The position numbers and the translations under genes were made by a program. Shown one piece after another: positions 45,525-54,140 of a stretch of DNA of 64,000 nt. This DNA comes from an uncultured Gammaproteobacteria bacterium (lineage in GTDB: Bacteria; Patescibacteriota; Microgenomatia; UBA8517). How positions within the stretch are numbered: position 1 is the stretch's first letter; every line of letters begins with the position of its first letter. The stretch spans positions 10,100-74,099 of the forward strand of contig CAZWNZ010000002.1 in NCBI GenBank assembly GCA_964635715.1, written 5' to 3'. The notes beneath the pieces are model-generated. The model was given only the letters and a program-made list of their open reading frames with translations. It was not told the origin of the DNA and searched no databases.

Positions 45525-45603
45525 AGTGAAGAGTGGGAATGAACGCAGCGATTATCCCGCTCCAAGTCATCGAGGAGCAAGGGAATGAGCGCAGCGATTA
45601 TCC
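45525..45603. repeat. Two ~33-nt direct repeats (46-bp period) downstream of tRNA-Gly(TCC)
   Basis: GGGAATGAACGCAGCGATTATCCCGCTCCAAGT and GGGAATGAGCGCAGCGATTATCCTACTCCAAGT. Both contain the word TTATCCCGCT/TTATCCTACT, which resembles the tRNA-Gly 3' end (CTATCCCGCT). Confidence 0.5.
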
Positions 45604-45620
45604 TACTCCAAGTTTATATG

Positions 45621-46331
45621 TTACTCTGCTTTTGAAGAACCAACTACGATTTGTATATCTGTAGTTGAAGAAGAAGAGAGAGTTTGACTATCCCCCACCA
45701 CATAATTTTCTGAAAGGGCATCTTTTAACTTTTCTATTACGGCACTGTCTATACTGGCTTTGGCTTTAATTATGGTCTTTGTGTAATCATAAGTAGCCGC
45801 ATTGCCTGTTGATACTACATTGAACCCCGCATCCTCAAGTAATTTCTTAACAACACCAGCCTCTCCTGCAGTTCCTGATCCGTTATATACAGCTACATCG
45901 AATTCAGAGACATCAACTTCCGATTTGGGAGTAGGTGTTGGTGTCGATACTGGATTCAATGAGGACACAGGGGTTGGTGTAGGCTCAACATCTATAGTAT
46001 TAACACCTTTCTGATAAAAGACGATGCCTCCCAAAATTGCACCTAAAATAAAAATTCCGGGTATTAGGATCCAAGCAACCGGAGAACCAGGTTTTTTAAT
46101 TTCAGTCGGTCTTTCAATAAACGAGGACGTTTTTTCTGGCTCTTTAATAGTTTCTTGAGTGTCTTCACCTCCAGAAGTTTTAATGCCTTCATTTAGGATT
46201 TCAGGTTGGGGTGTTTCCTCCATCATTTTTTCTTTGGCAATCGAAGATTCAGACGCGGAAACCGTATTTGGGATTTCTATCTCTTCAACAACCATTCTAT
46301 GTCTTGAGGCAGAGTCTTCTTTGTTCGGCAT
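45621..46331 (-). CDS. LytR_C-domain membrane protein
   Basis: Acidic N-terminal region, one TM helix, a PTPTPVSSLNPVSTPTPTP linker, and a C-terminal VAVYNGSGTAGEAGVVKKLLEDAGFNVVSTGNAATYDYTKTII LytR_C signature. Confidence 0.55.
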   Translation of the reverse strand: MPNKEDSASRHRMVVEEIEIPNTVSASESSIAKEKMMEETPQPEILNEGIKTSGGEDTQETIKEPEKTSSFIERPTEIKKPGSPVAWILIPGIFILGAILGGIVFYQKGVNTIDVEPTPTPVSSLNPVSTPTPTPKSEVDVSEFDVAVYNGSGTAGEAGVVKKLLEDAGFNVVSTGNAATYDYTKTIIKAKASIDSAVIEKLKDALSENYVVGDSQTLSSSSTTDIQIVVGSSKAE

Positions 46332-46374
46332 TGAATAAGTATTAGATATTTTTGTAAAAATATCAAGAATGAAA

Positions 46375-46420
46375 GATAAAAAAAGCGCCGTCTTTATCTT
46401 TTTTATAGATTGTTGACGGC
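46375..46420 (-). terminator. Intrinsic terminator downstream of the small ORF at 46476-46703
   Basis: Minus strand GCGCCGTC ... GACGGCGC (8-bp stem, long loop) followed by TTTTTTT. Confidence 0.4.
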
Positions 46421-46475
46421 GCGTATGATCGATTTAATTGTGATTTATGTTCTTAGAGCAAATTTCTAAGTTATA

Positions 46476-46703
46476 TTATTTGGTACTGGAATATTGTTTA
46501 AAAGAACCTTGTTCTATTGCCAATCTCCGCATACGGCGATTGTTTCGAAAATTCCCAAATTCCTCTGGTGCAATCAAAAGCATCACATCAACTGATACTT
46601 CCAATCCACTCAATTCAGGATCTCGAACTGTAATAAAACTTGGGTTGTTATCAAACTCCCATTGGGCACGATCAGACATCTCACTTTCGGACAGTGTTGG
46701 CAT
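46476..46703 (-). CDS. Hypothetical 75-aa acidic protein with a strong SD site
   Basis: Minus strand AAAAGGAGGcttgATG gives MPTLSESEMSDRAQWEFDNNPSFITVRDPELSGLEVSVDVMLLIAPEEFGNFRNNRRMRRLAIEQG... A terminator lies downstream. This is one of the few genes here with a canonical SD. Confidence 0.45.
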   Translation of the reverse strand: MPTLSESEMSDRAQWEFDNNPSFITVRDPELSGLEVSVDVMLLIAPEEFGNFRNNRRMRRLAIEQGSFKQYSSTK

Positions 46704-46811
46704 CAAGCCTCCTTTTCTGTTTATAACCTACAAAAAGTAAGTTGTTTGCATATTATCATAAGTGATTTTAGTAATCAATGTTATAGGTCTTCAAATAGTA
46801 AGAGTTTTTTA

Positions 46812-49190
46812 TTAGAAGCATATTTTCCAAATACAAAAATGTTTTTTTGTGGTATTGGAATTAATAATTGGAGTAGGACTAGTTGGTGGCTGTGTGTCTA
46901 CATCTTGTATTTGAACCTTGGGCATATCCAAATTCACGGAGGAAGATCCTAAAACAACGTGCGGCATCTTTGTATTTTTATACACGATTGAATTTCCTTT
47001 TGCTCTAACCGATACAACATTACTCCATTTACCGGTCGCACATCCGTTACCTGAACGAACCTTAAAATAGTATGTAATTTCAGGATTAAGACAATCTATT
47101 TCAAAACTAAGCACACCCGGTGAGTAACCTTGTTCAAAAGACACTCCATAACCTTCAGAACTCGACGATTGCCCATAAGCAATATAATAATAGGTTGTTT
47201 TATCCATTACCGGACTGAAAAACAATTTAACTTTACCCAAAGAAGTGTTTATTTGAAAAAGATCGGGAGTGCCTGTGGGATAAGTATCACCGCAACTATT
47301 TGGCCCGGCATTACTAATACCTGTATTTTGATTGGAATCATTATTATTTCCAGGTTCCGCATTGTCTGTACCACTACCGAATGTGGTAATTTCGCTATAC
47401 GAATAGTACTGAATTCTATGATTTTTAGAATCTGCAATATAAACGGTGTCGTGACCATCGACAGTAAGACCTCTAGGTAAATTAAAGTGGCTGTTATCCA
47501 TACCCCAACTTCCAAATTCAGCCTGTAAATTACCACTGGTATCAAACATCTTTACTTTTTTGATATTGGAGTCAAGAATGTAGATGTTATCACTGGAATC
47601 TATAGCGATATCTGCATTTGATCCGTATGTACTGTTATCAAAAGTTACACCAGACCAGTTATTGCTAGTATCAATGATGTAGGAAAAAACACCTGTTTTT
47701 GTATATTTAGAAATAGCATCATTATCATCACTTACATATAAATTATCGCTACTGTCAAAAGCTAACCCCATGGGTGTATAAGAATAACTTATGGTTCCCT
47801 TAAATTCCCCTGTAGAGTCAAACATTTGGACACCATAACTATCGCTAACAAAAAAATTGTCAGATGAATCGACAGCGACACGGTTTGGGCTATAAAGTGA
47901 CCCACTTAAATCTGAAAACTGAGAAATAGTTTGTAGCAATGTCCCATTTGTGCTGTATTTATAAACAGAATCATCGTACTGTACAACGATATAGATATTG
48001 TCATTACTATCAATGGCAATACCCTGATTGTAATAATAATAGCCAGATGAGAGACTTGATAACGTCCATTGGTTTACATATTCATTATTCTCATTAAATA
48101 CTTGTACCCTGTTATTAAAATGATCCAAAACATAGCGATTGCCATTTGAGTCTACCGCAATATCTTCGGGATAATAAAATTGACCATTTCCTGTTCCTGC
48201 GCTTCTCCACACATCAATTACAGTTGTCCCATCTAAGGAAAATTTTCTAATTTGTAATTCAAGGCAATCGTAACTACAACTGTCCGGTTTAGATAGACCA
48301 TCTAAAACATAAATATATCCATCTGATGAAATATTAATATCCTGACCAGATGAGAATTGACCGGAGGCCCACAAACCAATATATGCCCAGGAAGAATCGT
48401 ATTTTCTTACTTCAGTTCCCCCTTTAAACACATAGAAATTACCACTGGAATCTTCAACAACATTTCTAACCGTACCAACACCAGTAATGGTACTTATCAA
48501 AACACCTTCTTGTGTATATCTTCTAATATTTCCACTATCCATCAAGTCTATCGTACCGGTAGACTCCACACTGATTCCATAAATGGAGGATGTGTATGTT
48601 GGGACATCAAAAGCTGTTTGAAGGTTTCCCAGATAGTCAAACTTTTCAACTTTTGGTTTACTGGTTGTAGTGTTGTAACCAACGCTAAAAACATAGTCAC
48701 CCTGAGTTGCTAAATGATAATAATATCTACCGTCTCCAACCGTATTCCAACGAGCCAAAAAAGTCCCGTCCTGACTAAAACTTTGGATCTGAGAAGTTAT
48801 TGTAGCACCTCTAACTTTATCAACATCTCGATCTAAAACAAACACATAATTATCACTCACAGACACGGCAGTGGCATATTGAAACTCACCATCACCTGTC
48901 CCTTTTTCGCCCCATTGTTCAACAAAATCTCCATTGCTACCAAATTTGTAAACTTTGGGGCCTAATTCCTCAACAACATACATGTTTCCATCTGGGTCCA
49001 GACCGAATCTACCAGTGTCATTAAATGAAGCATAGTGTTCGTCTCCTGAGACACGAATGGTACCTCGATAAGTTGGTGCATCTACAGCCAAAACTTTGGA
49101 AGAAAATATAGAAAGAAATGAAATCAGAACAATAATCAATATCAACAGGTTTTTACCTCTTAAAATTTGGATTTTTATCTCATTCATCAA
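46812..49190 (-). CDS. Secreted NHL-repeat beta-propeller protein with a C-terminal FN3-like domain
   Basis: Signal/TM N-terminus and multiple NHL-type repeats (e.g. NLPRGLTVDGHDTVYIADSKNHRIQYY; YYPEDIAVDSNGNRYVLDHFNNRVQVF). C-terminal ...ITYYFKVRSGNGCATGKWSNVVSVRAKG. 792 aa. Confidence 0.65.
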   Translation of the reverse strand: MMNEIKIQILRGKNLLILIIVLISFLSIFSSKVLAVDAPTYRGTIRVSGDEHYASFNDTGRFGLDPDGNMYVVEELGPKVYKFGSNGDFVEQWGEKGTGDGEFQYATAVSVSDNYVFVLDRDVDKVRGATITSQIQSFSQDGTFLARWNTVGDGRYYYHLATQGDYVFSVGYNTTTSKPKVEKFDYLGNLQTAFDVPTYTSSIYGISVESTGTIDLMDSGNIRRYTQEGVLISTITGVGTVRNVVEDSSGNFYVFKGGTEVRKYDSSWAYIGLWASGQFSSGQDINISSDGYIYVLDGLSKPDSCSYDCLELQIRKFSLDGTTVIDVWRSAGTGNGQFYYPEDIAVDSNGNRYVLDHFNNRVQVFNENNEYVNQWTLSSLSSGYYYYNQGIAIDSNDNIYIVVQYDDSVYKYSTNGTLLQTISQFSDLSGSLYSPNRVAVDSSDNFFVSDSYGVQMFDSTGEFKGTISYSYTPMGLAFDSSDNLYVSDDNDAISKYTKTGVFSYIIDTSNNWSGVTFDNSTYGSNADIAIDSSDNIYILDSNIKKVKMFDTSGNLQAEFGSWGMDNSHFNLPRGLTVDGHDTVYIADSKNHRIQYYSYSEITTFGSGTDNAEPGNNNDSNQNTGISNAGPNSCGDTYPTGTPDLFQINTSLGKVKLFFSPVMDKTTYYYIAYGQSSSSEGYGVSFEQGYSPGVLSFEIDCLNPEITYYFKVRSGNGCATGKWSNVVSVRAKGNSIVYKNTKMPHVVLGSSSVNLDMPKVQIQDVDTQPPTSPTPIINSNTTKKHFCIWKICF

Positions 49191-49363
49191 CCCAATAAGT
49201 ATCAGCTATAGGAGTAAAGATGTCAATTACCTCAAGTGTACGAAACAAAGCATGAGTCGGTTGGTAGACTTATTTAGAACCAGACAAGTTAAGAGTATTC
49301 AACCCTCGTCTATTTTTTAAAAAGACTGTTTACTTTCTAACGTCTGAGATATAATCTTTTCTG

Positions 49364-50107
49364 ATGACATACAAATCCGATGAAATAAAAAAAGTTGTAG
49401 AAGAAGGTTATGCAAATATCGCTTCTTCTTCCGGTTGCTGCGGTGGCTGTGCCTGTGGCTCAAACAGATATGCACAAAAACAATCTGGACAATTTGGTTA
49501 TTCAGATAAAGAGATGGATGAAGTTCCTGCCGGTTCAAACTTGGGTCTTGGTTGTGGCAATCCTACAGCCATAGCTTCCCTGAAACTTGGTCAAACTGTT
49601 CTAGATTTAGGTTCCGGCGCCGGTTTTGATGCCTTTTTAGCTGCTAATCAGGTAGGTAAAACTGGAAAAGTCATTGGTGTAGACATGACAGATGAGATGC
49701 TTAAACTAGCTAGTGAAAACGCAATCAAAAATAATTATAAAAATGTAGAATTCAGAAAAGGTGACATAGAAAAACTACCTGTTGATGACAATTCGATAGA
49801 CGTAATAATTTCTAACTGTGTAATTAACCTGGCCCCTAACAAACTCAAAGTTTTTAAAGAAGCTTACCGTGTTTTAAAAAACGGTGGTAAATTAATGGTT
49901 TCTGATGTTGTTTTGGCCAAAAACTTACCGGAAAATATAAAGAACGATAAGGAATTACTTGTTGGGTGTATCAGTGGAGCGATCCTTAAACAGGATTATT
50001 TGAATTTATTAAACAAAGTTGGATTTAATGACATTACAATTCTTAAGGAAGTTCCTGCGTTTTTAAAAGATTATGGTCTCAGCATAACTTATTCTGCGAC
50101 TAAATAG
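49364..50107 (+). CDS. arsM: SAM-dependent methyltransferase, arsenite methyltransferase (ArsM)-like
   Basis: N-terminal Cys-rich [13 protein letters not shown], then class I MTase motifs [11 protein letters not shown] and [10 protein letters not shown]. 247 aa. Confidence 0.65.
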   Translation: MTYKSDEIKKVVEEGYANIASSSGCCGGCACGSNRYAQKQSGQFGYSDKEMDEVPAGSNLGLGCGNPTAIASLKLGQTVLDLGSGAGFDAFLAANQVGKTGKVIGVDMTDEMLKLASENAIKNNYKNVEFRKGDIEKLPVDDNSIDVIISNCVINLAPNKLKVFKEAYRVLKNGGKLMVSDVVLAKNLPENIKNDKELLVGCISGAILKQDYLNLLNKVGFNDITILKEVPAFLKDYGLSITYSATK

Positions 50108-50212
50108 CATTAATTACTTCCACCCGACTTTTACCCGCAGGGCTTAGGTTTCTTTTTGCTCTCTTTTTAATCCAACCGGCCGGCATATATTTATGTTATT
50201 TATTATTTATTA

Positions 50213-50270
50213 CTTGCAGGGTCGGACCCTGCAAGGTGTATATAGTATATATAGTGTATTAGTATTTTTG
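50213..50270 (+). repeat. Palindrome plus AT-rich/T-run element that shares ~29 nt with the pilD coding sequence
   Basis: CTTGCAGGGTCGGACCCTGCAAG palindrome (50213-50235), then gtgtatatagtat...tagtattttt. 50220-50248 matches pilD 2388-2416 (ggtcCgaccctAcaaggtgtatatagtat) at 27/29 positions. Confidence 0.5.
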
Positions 50271-50279
50271 GGGTATTGG

Positions 50280-50333
50280 GGTGGTCGACGCGAGTCGAAC
50301 GCGCAAACCCCCCGCCCTGGCGGGGTGCTCTAA
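50280..50333 (-). other. 3' half of a split tRNA-like element (variable, T-arm, acceptor 3' strand, C73), preceded by a palindromic direct repeat
   Basis: Minus strand TTAGAGCACCCCGCCAGGGCGGGG-GGTTT-GCGCG-TTCGACT-CGCGT-CGACCAC-C. The acceptor 3' strand is perfectly complementary to the 5' half at 50684-50725. Confidence 0.55.
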
Positions 50334-50575
50334 CTTAGACCTAATAATTTTTTGAAAGCGTTTCCTCCTTTATATGATTTAATCAGATATTCTCTTTTAG
50401 AGGCTAATTGTCTAGATTCAAACTCTTCCGAATAAATCAGTTTATATGGTCCTTTGTTTCTTGTAGAGATATTCTTACCATGGTTATGTTCAATTAATCT
50501 ACGTTGTATGTCTGAAGTTGACCCAATATAATATCTACCATTTTTAATACTCTGAAGAATATATACATAAAACAT
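50330..50575 (-). CDS. Small GIY-YIG nuclease-superfamily protein (YhbQ/UPF0213-like)
   Basis: MFYVYILQSIKNGRYYIGSTSDIQRRLIEHNHGK...KGPYKLIYSEEFESRQLASKREYLIKSYKGGN shows GIY...YIG, R, E and N core residues. The ORF-track N-terminal extension is a translation of tRNA-His. Confidence 0.7.
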   Translation of the reverse strand: MFYVYILQSIKNGRYYIGSTSDIQRRLIEHNHGKNISTRNKGPYKLIYSEEFESRQLASKREYLIKSYKGGNAFKKLLGLS

Positions 50576-50585
50576 ATTTGGTGTG

Positions 50586-50659
50586 GGTGGGTGAGCGGAT
50601 TCGAACCGCCAACCTCCTGCTCCACAGGCAGGCGCTCTAACCATTGAGCTACACCCACC
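50586..50659 (-). tRNA. tRNA-His (anticodon GTG) with encoded G-1
   Basis: G-GTGGGTG-TA-GCTC-AATGGTTA-GAGC-G-CCTGC-CTGTGGA-GCAGG-AGGTT-GGCGG-TTCGAAT-CCGCT-CACCCAC-C. G-1:C73 is His-specific. Confidence 0.85.
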
Positions 50660-50683
50660 AAATAAGTATTACGAAGCAACCAC

Positions 50684-50725
50684 CCCGCCATGGCGGGGTG
50701 CTCTAACCATTGAGCTACGACCACC
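50684..50725 (-). other. 5' half of a split tRNA-like element (G-1, acceptor 5' strand, D-arm) ending in the palindromic direct repeat
   Basis: Minus strand G-GTGGTCG-TA-GCTC-AATGGTTA-GAGC-A-CCCCGCCATGGCGGGG. The D-arm is nearly identical to that of tRNA-His. No T-arm follows. Confidence 0.55.
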
Positions 50726-50796
50726 AAGTCAACATGAGTATTTTATCATTTTTGCTTCAAAATGGCTAAGCTTGATTATTACACGCCGAATTCCAA

Positions 50797-52122
50797 TTAT
50801 CTTCTGGAAACTGAATAAGTAATTGGGTAATAGAGGAAGGCTGCAGGCGAATCTTCAACCAAAAATCTCTGAAAATCCATATATATTTTCTTGCGTGAAG
50901 TGAGGTCAATCTCACTTCTTCCATCCTCAAGAAGTTTATCAATTCTTACATCTTCATAGTGAGTTATATTTGTTGAGGTCTGAGTGGAATGCCACAACGA
51001 ATATTGATCGGGGTCGTCAGGAATATTAAGTATTGCGAGGAAAGCCTGATATTCGGTAGGAGTAATTGTTACAACCTGCAAATTAACATTTATACCCACT
51101 ACACGCCAGTTTTCGGCTATTATTTCAGCTTTATCCAAAAGAAGCGAAGGTGTAGCAAGGTTTATAGTAATATCTGTTTGTTTGCTTGTTTCTTTATAAT
51201 CTTTAATCATTTCCTTCGCTTTCTCGGGATCGTAATTGTATTGTTTAACCTGGGAATTATAAGCCCATGAATTAATGGCTATGGGGCTTATGGCTCGTGA
51301 GCCGCCTAGTTTTTCTTTGTCTATTGCATAAGTTAAAGCTTGGCGCATTTCCTTTTCGGCCAATATGCCGTCTTGCGTATTAAAGAAAACTGCAACAAAC
51401 TCATCAAAATTGGAGGAACTGCTGATTTTTATCTTTTTCCACTCATCAAATGGACTTATGCCAAAAAGATCCTCCATCCGGTCGACCTCACCAAGCTCAA
51501 AAGCAATCTTTAAGCTTTCTTCTGTCGGGTAGAACTTATATGTTAAATTACCATTTTCTTCAGAGCTTAAATTTATTTCTTCGACGAAAGAACCATTTAA
51601 CGAAATATCTTCCACTTTCCATTCACCTGTTCCCAAAAGACCGGATTTAAATGTAGGTTTCGAAACTACGGAAGGGAAAGCAGAATATGTATTATCAAGT
51701 TTAAAAATAATTGTTTTTTCATCGGGTTTTTCTACCAATACATCAGAAAATTGATAATTAATACTCTCACTGGTAACTTTGTCTCCATCCTGCCAAACCA
51801 CATCATTTTTGAGAGTGAAAATCCATGTCTTTCCTTTATCAGTAGTTTCCCAAGAAGAAGCAAGATCAGGAATAACACTACCTTCAGAGTCAACCTGAGT
51901 TAATCCGTTACTAACTAATCTTAAAATTGAGTTGGGTAGATCACTAACAGTATATCTGCCCGTCTGACCGATTTTTAGATTATTTTTAAAATTAAGAGTG
52001 GGTATTAAAAATCTGAGCAGAAAGAAGATAAACACACCCAAACCTATTCCAAGAAAAATGAGAATTCTGAATCTTGAAAAAAAAGCTCCAACCAGCCTAA
52101 AAATGTATCGGAGATTTAGCAT
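50797..52122 (-). CDS. ABC-transporter substrate-binding protein (family 5, peptide/nickel type), membrane-anchored
   Basis: N-terminal TM anchor and a ~400-aa bilobal extracytoplasmic domain. Its size and layout fit the SBP_bac_5 family. Confidence 0.45.
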   Translation of the reverse strand: MLNLRYIFRLVGAFFSRFRILIFLGIGLGVFIFFLLRFLIPTLNFKNNLKIGQTGRYTVSDLPNSILRLVSNGLTQVDSEGSVIPDLASSWETTDKGKTWIFTLKNDVVWQDGDKVTSESINYQFSDVLVEKPDEKTIIFKLDNTYSAFPSVVSKPTFKSGLLGTGEWKVEDISLNGSFVEEINLSSEENGNLTYKFYPTEESLKIAFELGEVDRMEDLFGISPFDEWKKIKISSSSNFDEFVAVFFNTQDGILAEKEMRQALTYAIDKEKLGGSRAISPIAINSWAYNSQVKQYNYDPEKAKEMIKDYKETSKQTDITINLATPSLLLDKAEIIAENWRVVGINVNLQVVTITPTEYQAFLAILNIPDDPDQYSLWHSTQTSTNITHYEDVRIDKLLEDGRSEIDLTSRKKIYMDFQRFLVEDSPAAFLYYPITYSVSRR

Positions 52123-52128
52123 TGATTG

Positions 52129-52341
52129 TTAAAAAACCAGGCGTAGGGTGGATATCGCAACAAACAAAAAAGCTGTCACAAAAGTCAGCTTAAAAACCAA
52201 TTTCTCCAAACCTCTTCGGGTAAACGAAGATCCGCCATAAGCACCCGATCTTCCAAATCCGGTTCCTCTTGCCTGTATTAATATCAATACAATAAGTGCT
52301 ACGGATATTACTATTTGGGCTACTGTCAAAAATTGATACAT
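52129..52341 (-). CDS. secG: Preprotein translocase subunit SecG
   Basis: 70 aa, two TM helices with a Gly-rich loop (ARGTGFGRSGAYGGSS). Confidence 0.7.
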   Translation of the reverse strand: MYQFLTVAQIVISVALIVLILIQARGTGFGRSGAYGGSSFTRRGLEKLVFKLTFVTAFLFVAISTLRLVF

Positions 52342-52367
52342 TTTACGTTGTAATTATATCACTTCGC

Positions 52368-52769
52368 CTATTTTAATAACCAATCAAGAATTGATGAAGT
52401 AATGGAAATAACAAACGAAAATACTATTAAGGCAACAATTCCATGTAAAGAAATCGCAGGTATACTTATCCAGTAAGAATTGAATCCGGCAAAAACGAAA
52501 TCCAGAACTTTGAACCCGGGAACAATTAGTGTGACAATATAAAGCGCAACAGCATAACCAACCCATCTGAATAGTCCAAAAGTTATTAGGTTCAAGGGTA
52601 AAATCAAGAGGTTAATGACAGGCTTAATAATTAAGGATGTTAACCCTAGAACAATACCTGTTAAAACGATCGTCTCAGCTCCTTTTTCAAAAAATAAGCC
52701 TGTAACAATCAGCGAAACCAAATATAAGGTTACCGAATTGACTACAAAATATTTTATAGCCTTTCTCAT
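52368..52769 (-). CDS. DUF360 / phage-holin-family-4-like 4-TM membrane protein
   Basis: ...IIKPVINLLILPLNLITFGLFRWVGYAVALYIVTLIVPGFKV... matches the PF04020-type pattern. Confidence 0.5.
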   Translation of the reverse strand: MRKAIKYFVVNSVTLYLVSLIVTGLFFEKGAETIVLTGIVLGLTSLIIKPVINLLILPLNLITFGLFRWVGYAVALYIVTLIVPGFKVLDFVFAGFNSYWISIPAISLHGIVALIVFSFVISITSSILDWLLK

Positions 52770-52793
52770 TCTTTAAGTATAGATTGCCGCAGC

Positions 52794-54140
52794 TTAGTTT
52801 TCAAATAATGAACGTTTGAACAGTTTGTGGTGATAAACCCTTGCAAATCTATGAGCTTCATCCCTCAATCTTCCGACGAGATTTAGGGAAGGCCCACTCT
52901 TTAAGATCCATTCTTTGAAAGATAAAGTCTTTCCAATAAATGATGGAATAACTAATGTTTCCAATCTTTTCGAAAGACCGATAATTGGAATATGTTCGCC
53001 GTCAAATTCTCTTAAGAAAACTGAAAGCTGTCCTTTTCCGCCGTCAACAATTATTAAATCAGGGACGCCCCAATCTTTCAAATGTTTCTTTCTTCGTCTG
53101 GCAACCTCTTTCATGGAAGCATAGTCATCCCCACCATTTTTCTGATATATTTTAAAATGCCTGTAATAATTTTTATCGGGCGTTCCATCGACAAACGTAA
53201 CCATAGATGCTGTAGCATTTTGGCCGTGTAGATGGGCAATATCATAGCACTCCATACGATTCAAGTTTTTAATTTTCAATTTGCAATTTACAAGTATTTT
53301 TTTAAGCTCGTCCATTTCTTTTTTCCTGATATCTTCAAACAAATTAGGATTTTCGAGATATGAATCAATTGAAATCTTGGAACTGGTAATGTATTCCAAC
53401 CCCCGAATTTTGTTTCGCAAACCTGCAGCGGTCTCAAAATATTCATTATTTGAAGCGACTTTCATTTCTTTTTCCAAGTTACTCTTAACACTTTCGATTT
53501 TTCCATCAAGCACTGCCTTAATGTGTTTTATATTTTGTTTGTACCTTTTTGTTTGCATAATTCTTAATTCATGGTTCTTAATTCCATTTATCTCATTCGG
53601 GCAAGGATTACATAAACCAATTTGGGAATAAAGACAGGCTTTTTTGCCGATTTTATGATCAGAGTAAGGAAAAATTTTTCTAAGCATACCAAGAACAGAT
53701 TTGACATTAGTAGATGAAGGAAATGGCCCATATTTAGCTAATAGCCTTTGGTTATCAGCAATTAGTTTTCGGGCAGATAAAATTCTGGGGAAATCTTCTT
53801 TTGTTATCACTATATAGAGAGGGTGTTTATCATCTTTAGAAACAATGTTGTATTTGGGCATGTAATACCTTATGAGTTTTGCCTCCAGAAGCAAAGCCTC
53901 AAGCTCACTGGTCACGCGGATATAAGAAATTTCATCAGCCTCACCTATCATCTTTTTTATCTTGTTTTCTAGTTCCAAGCGAAAGTATGAAGCAACCCTT
54001 TTTCTTAAATTAATAGCCTTACCTACATATATCGGATTTCCCTTTTTAAAATAAATATAAACTCCTGGGCTTTCGGGAAATACAGAATAAACCTTAGGAG
54101 ATATTTGTATTCGGCGGAGTTTGGGTATTGGATTTATCAT
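52794..54140 (-). CDS. uvrC: Excinuclease ABC subunit C (short form lacking the C-terminal HhH2)
   Basis: N-terminal GIY-YIG domain (PGVYIYFKKGNPIYVGKAINLRKRVASYF), a UvrBC-interaction region, and an RNase H-like endonuclease domain. 448 aa. Confidence 0.8.
   Translation of the reverse strand: MINPIPKLRRIQISPKVYSVFPESPGVYIYFKKGNPIYVGKAINLRKRVASYFRLELENKIKKMIGEADEISYIRVTSELEALLLEAKLIRYYMPKYNIVSKDDKHPLYIVITKEDFPRILSARKLIADNQRLLAKYGPFPSSTNVKSVLGMLRKIFPYSDHKIGKKACLYSQIGLCNPCPNEINGIKNHELRIMQTKRYKQNIKHIKAVLDGKIESVKSNLEKEMKVASNNEYFETAAGLRNKIRGLEYITSSKISIDSYLENPNLFEDIRKKEMDELKKILVNCKLKIKNLNRMECYDIAHLHGQNATASMVTFVDGTPDKNYYRHFKIYQKNGGDDYASMKEVARRRKKHLKDWGVPDLIIVDGGKGQLSVFLREFDGEHIPIIGLSKRLETLVIPSFIGKTLSFKEWILKSGPSLNLVGRLRDEAHRFARVYHHKLFKRSLFEN

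Noticed and set aside
45085-45570. ORF 45085-45570 (-), 161 aa
   Set aside because: It runs antisense through the pyrG 3' end and across tRNA-Pro, tRNA-Leu and tRNA-Gly.
45525-45603. CRISPR array
   Set aside because: Only two repeat units, no cas genes, and the repeats relate to the adjacent tRNA 3' end.
50494-50727. ORF 50494-50727 (-) and the N-terminal 23 residues of ORF 50330-50644
   Set aside because: They are read-through translations of tRNA-His and the split tRNA-like half (e.g. GGWRFESAHPP is the T-arm). The GIY-YIG gene starts at MFYVYIL (50575).
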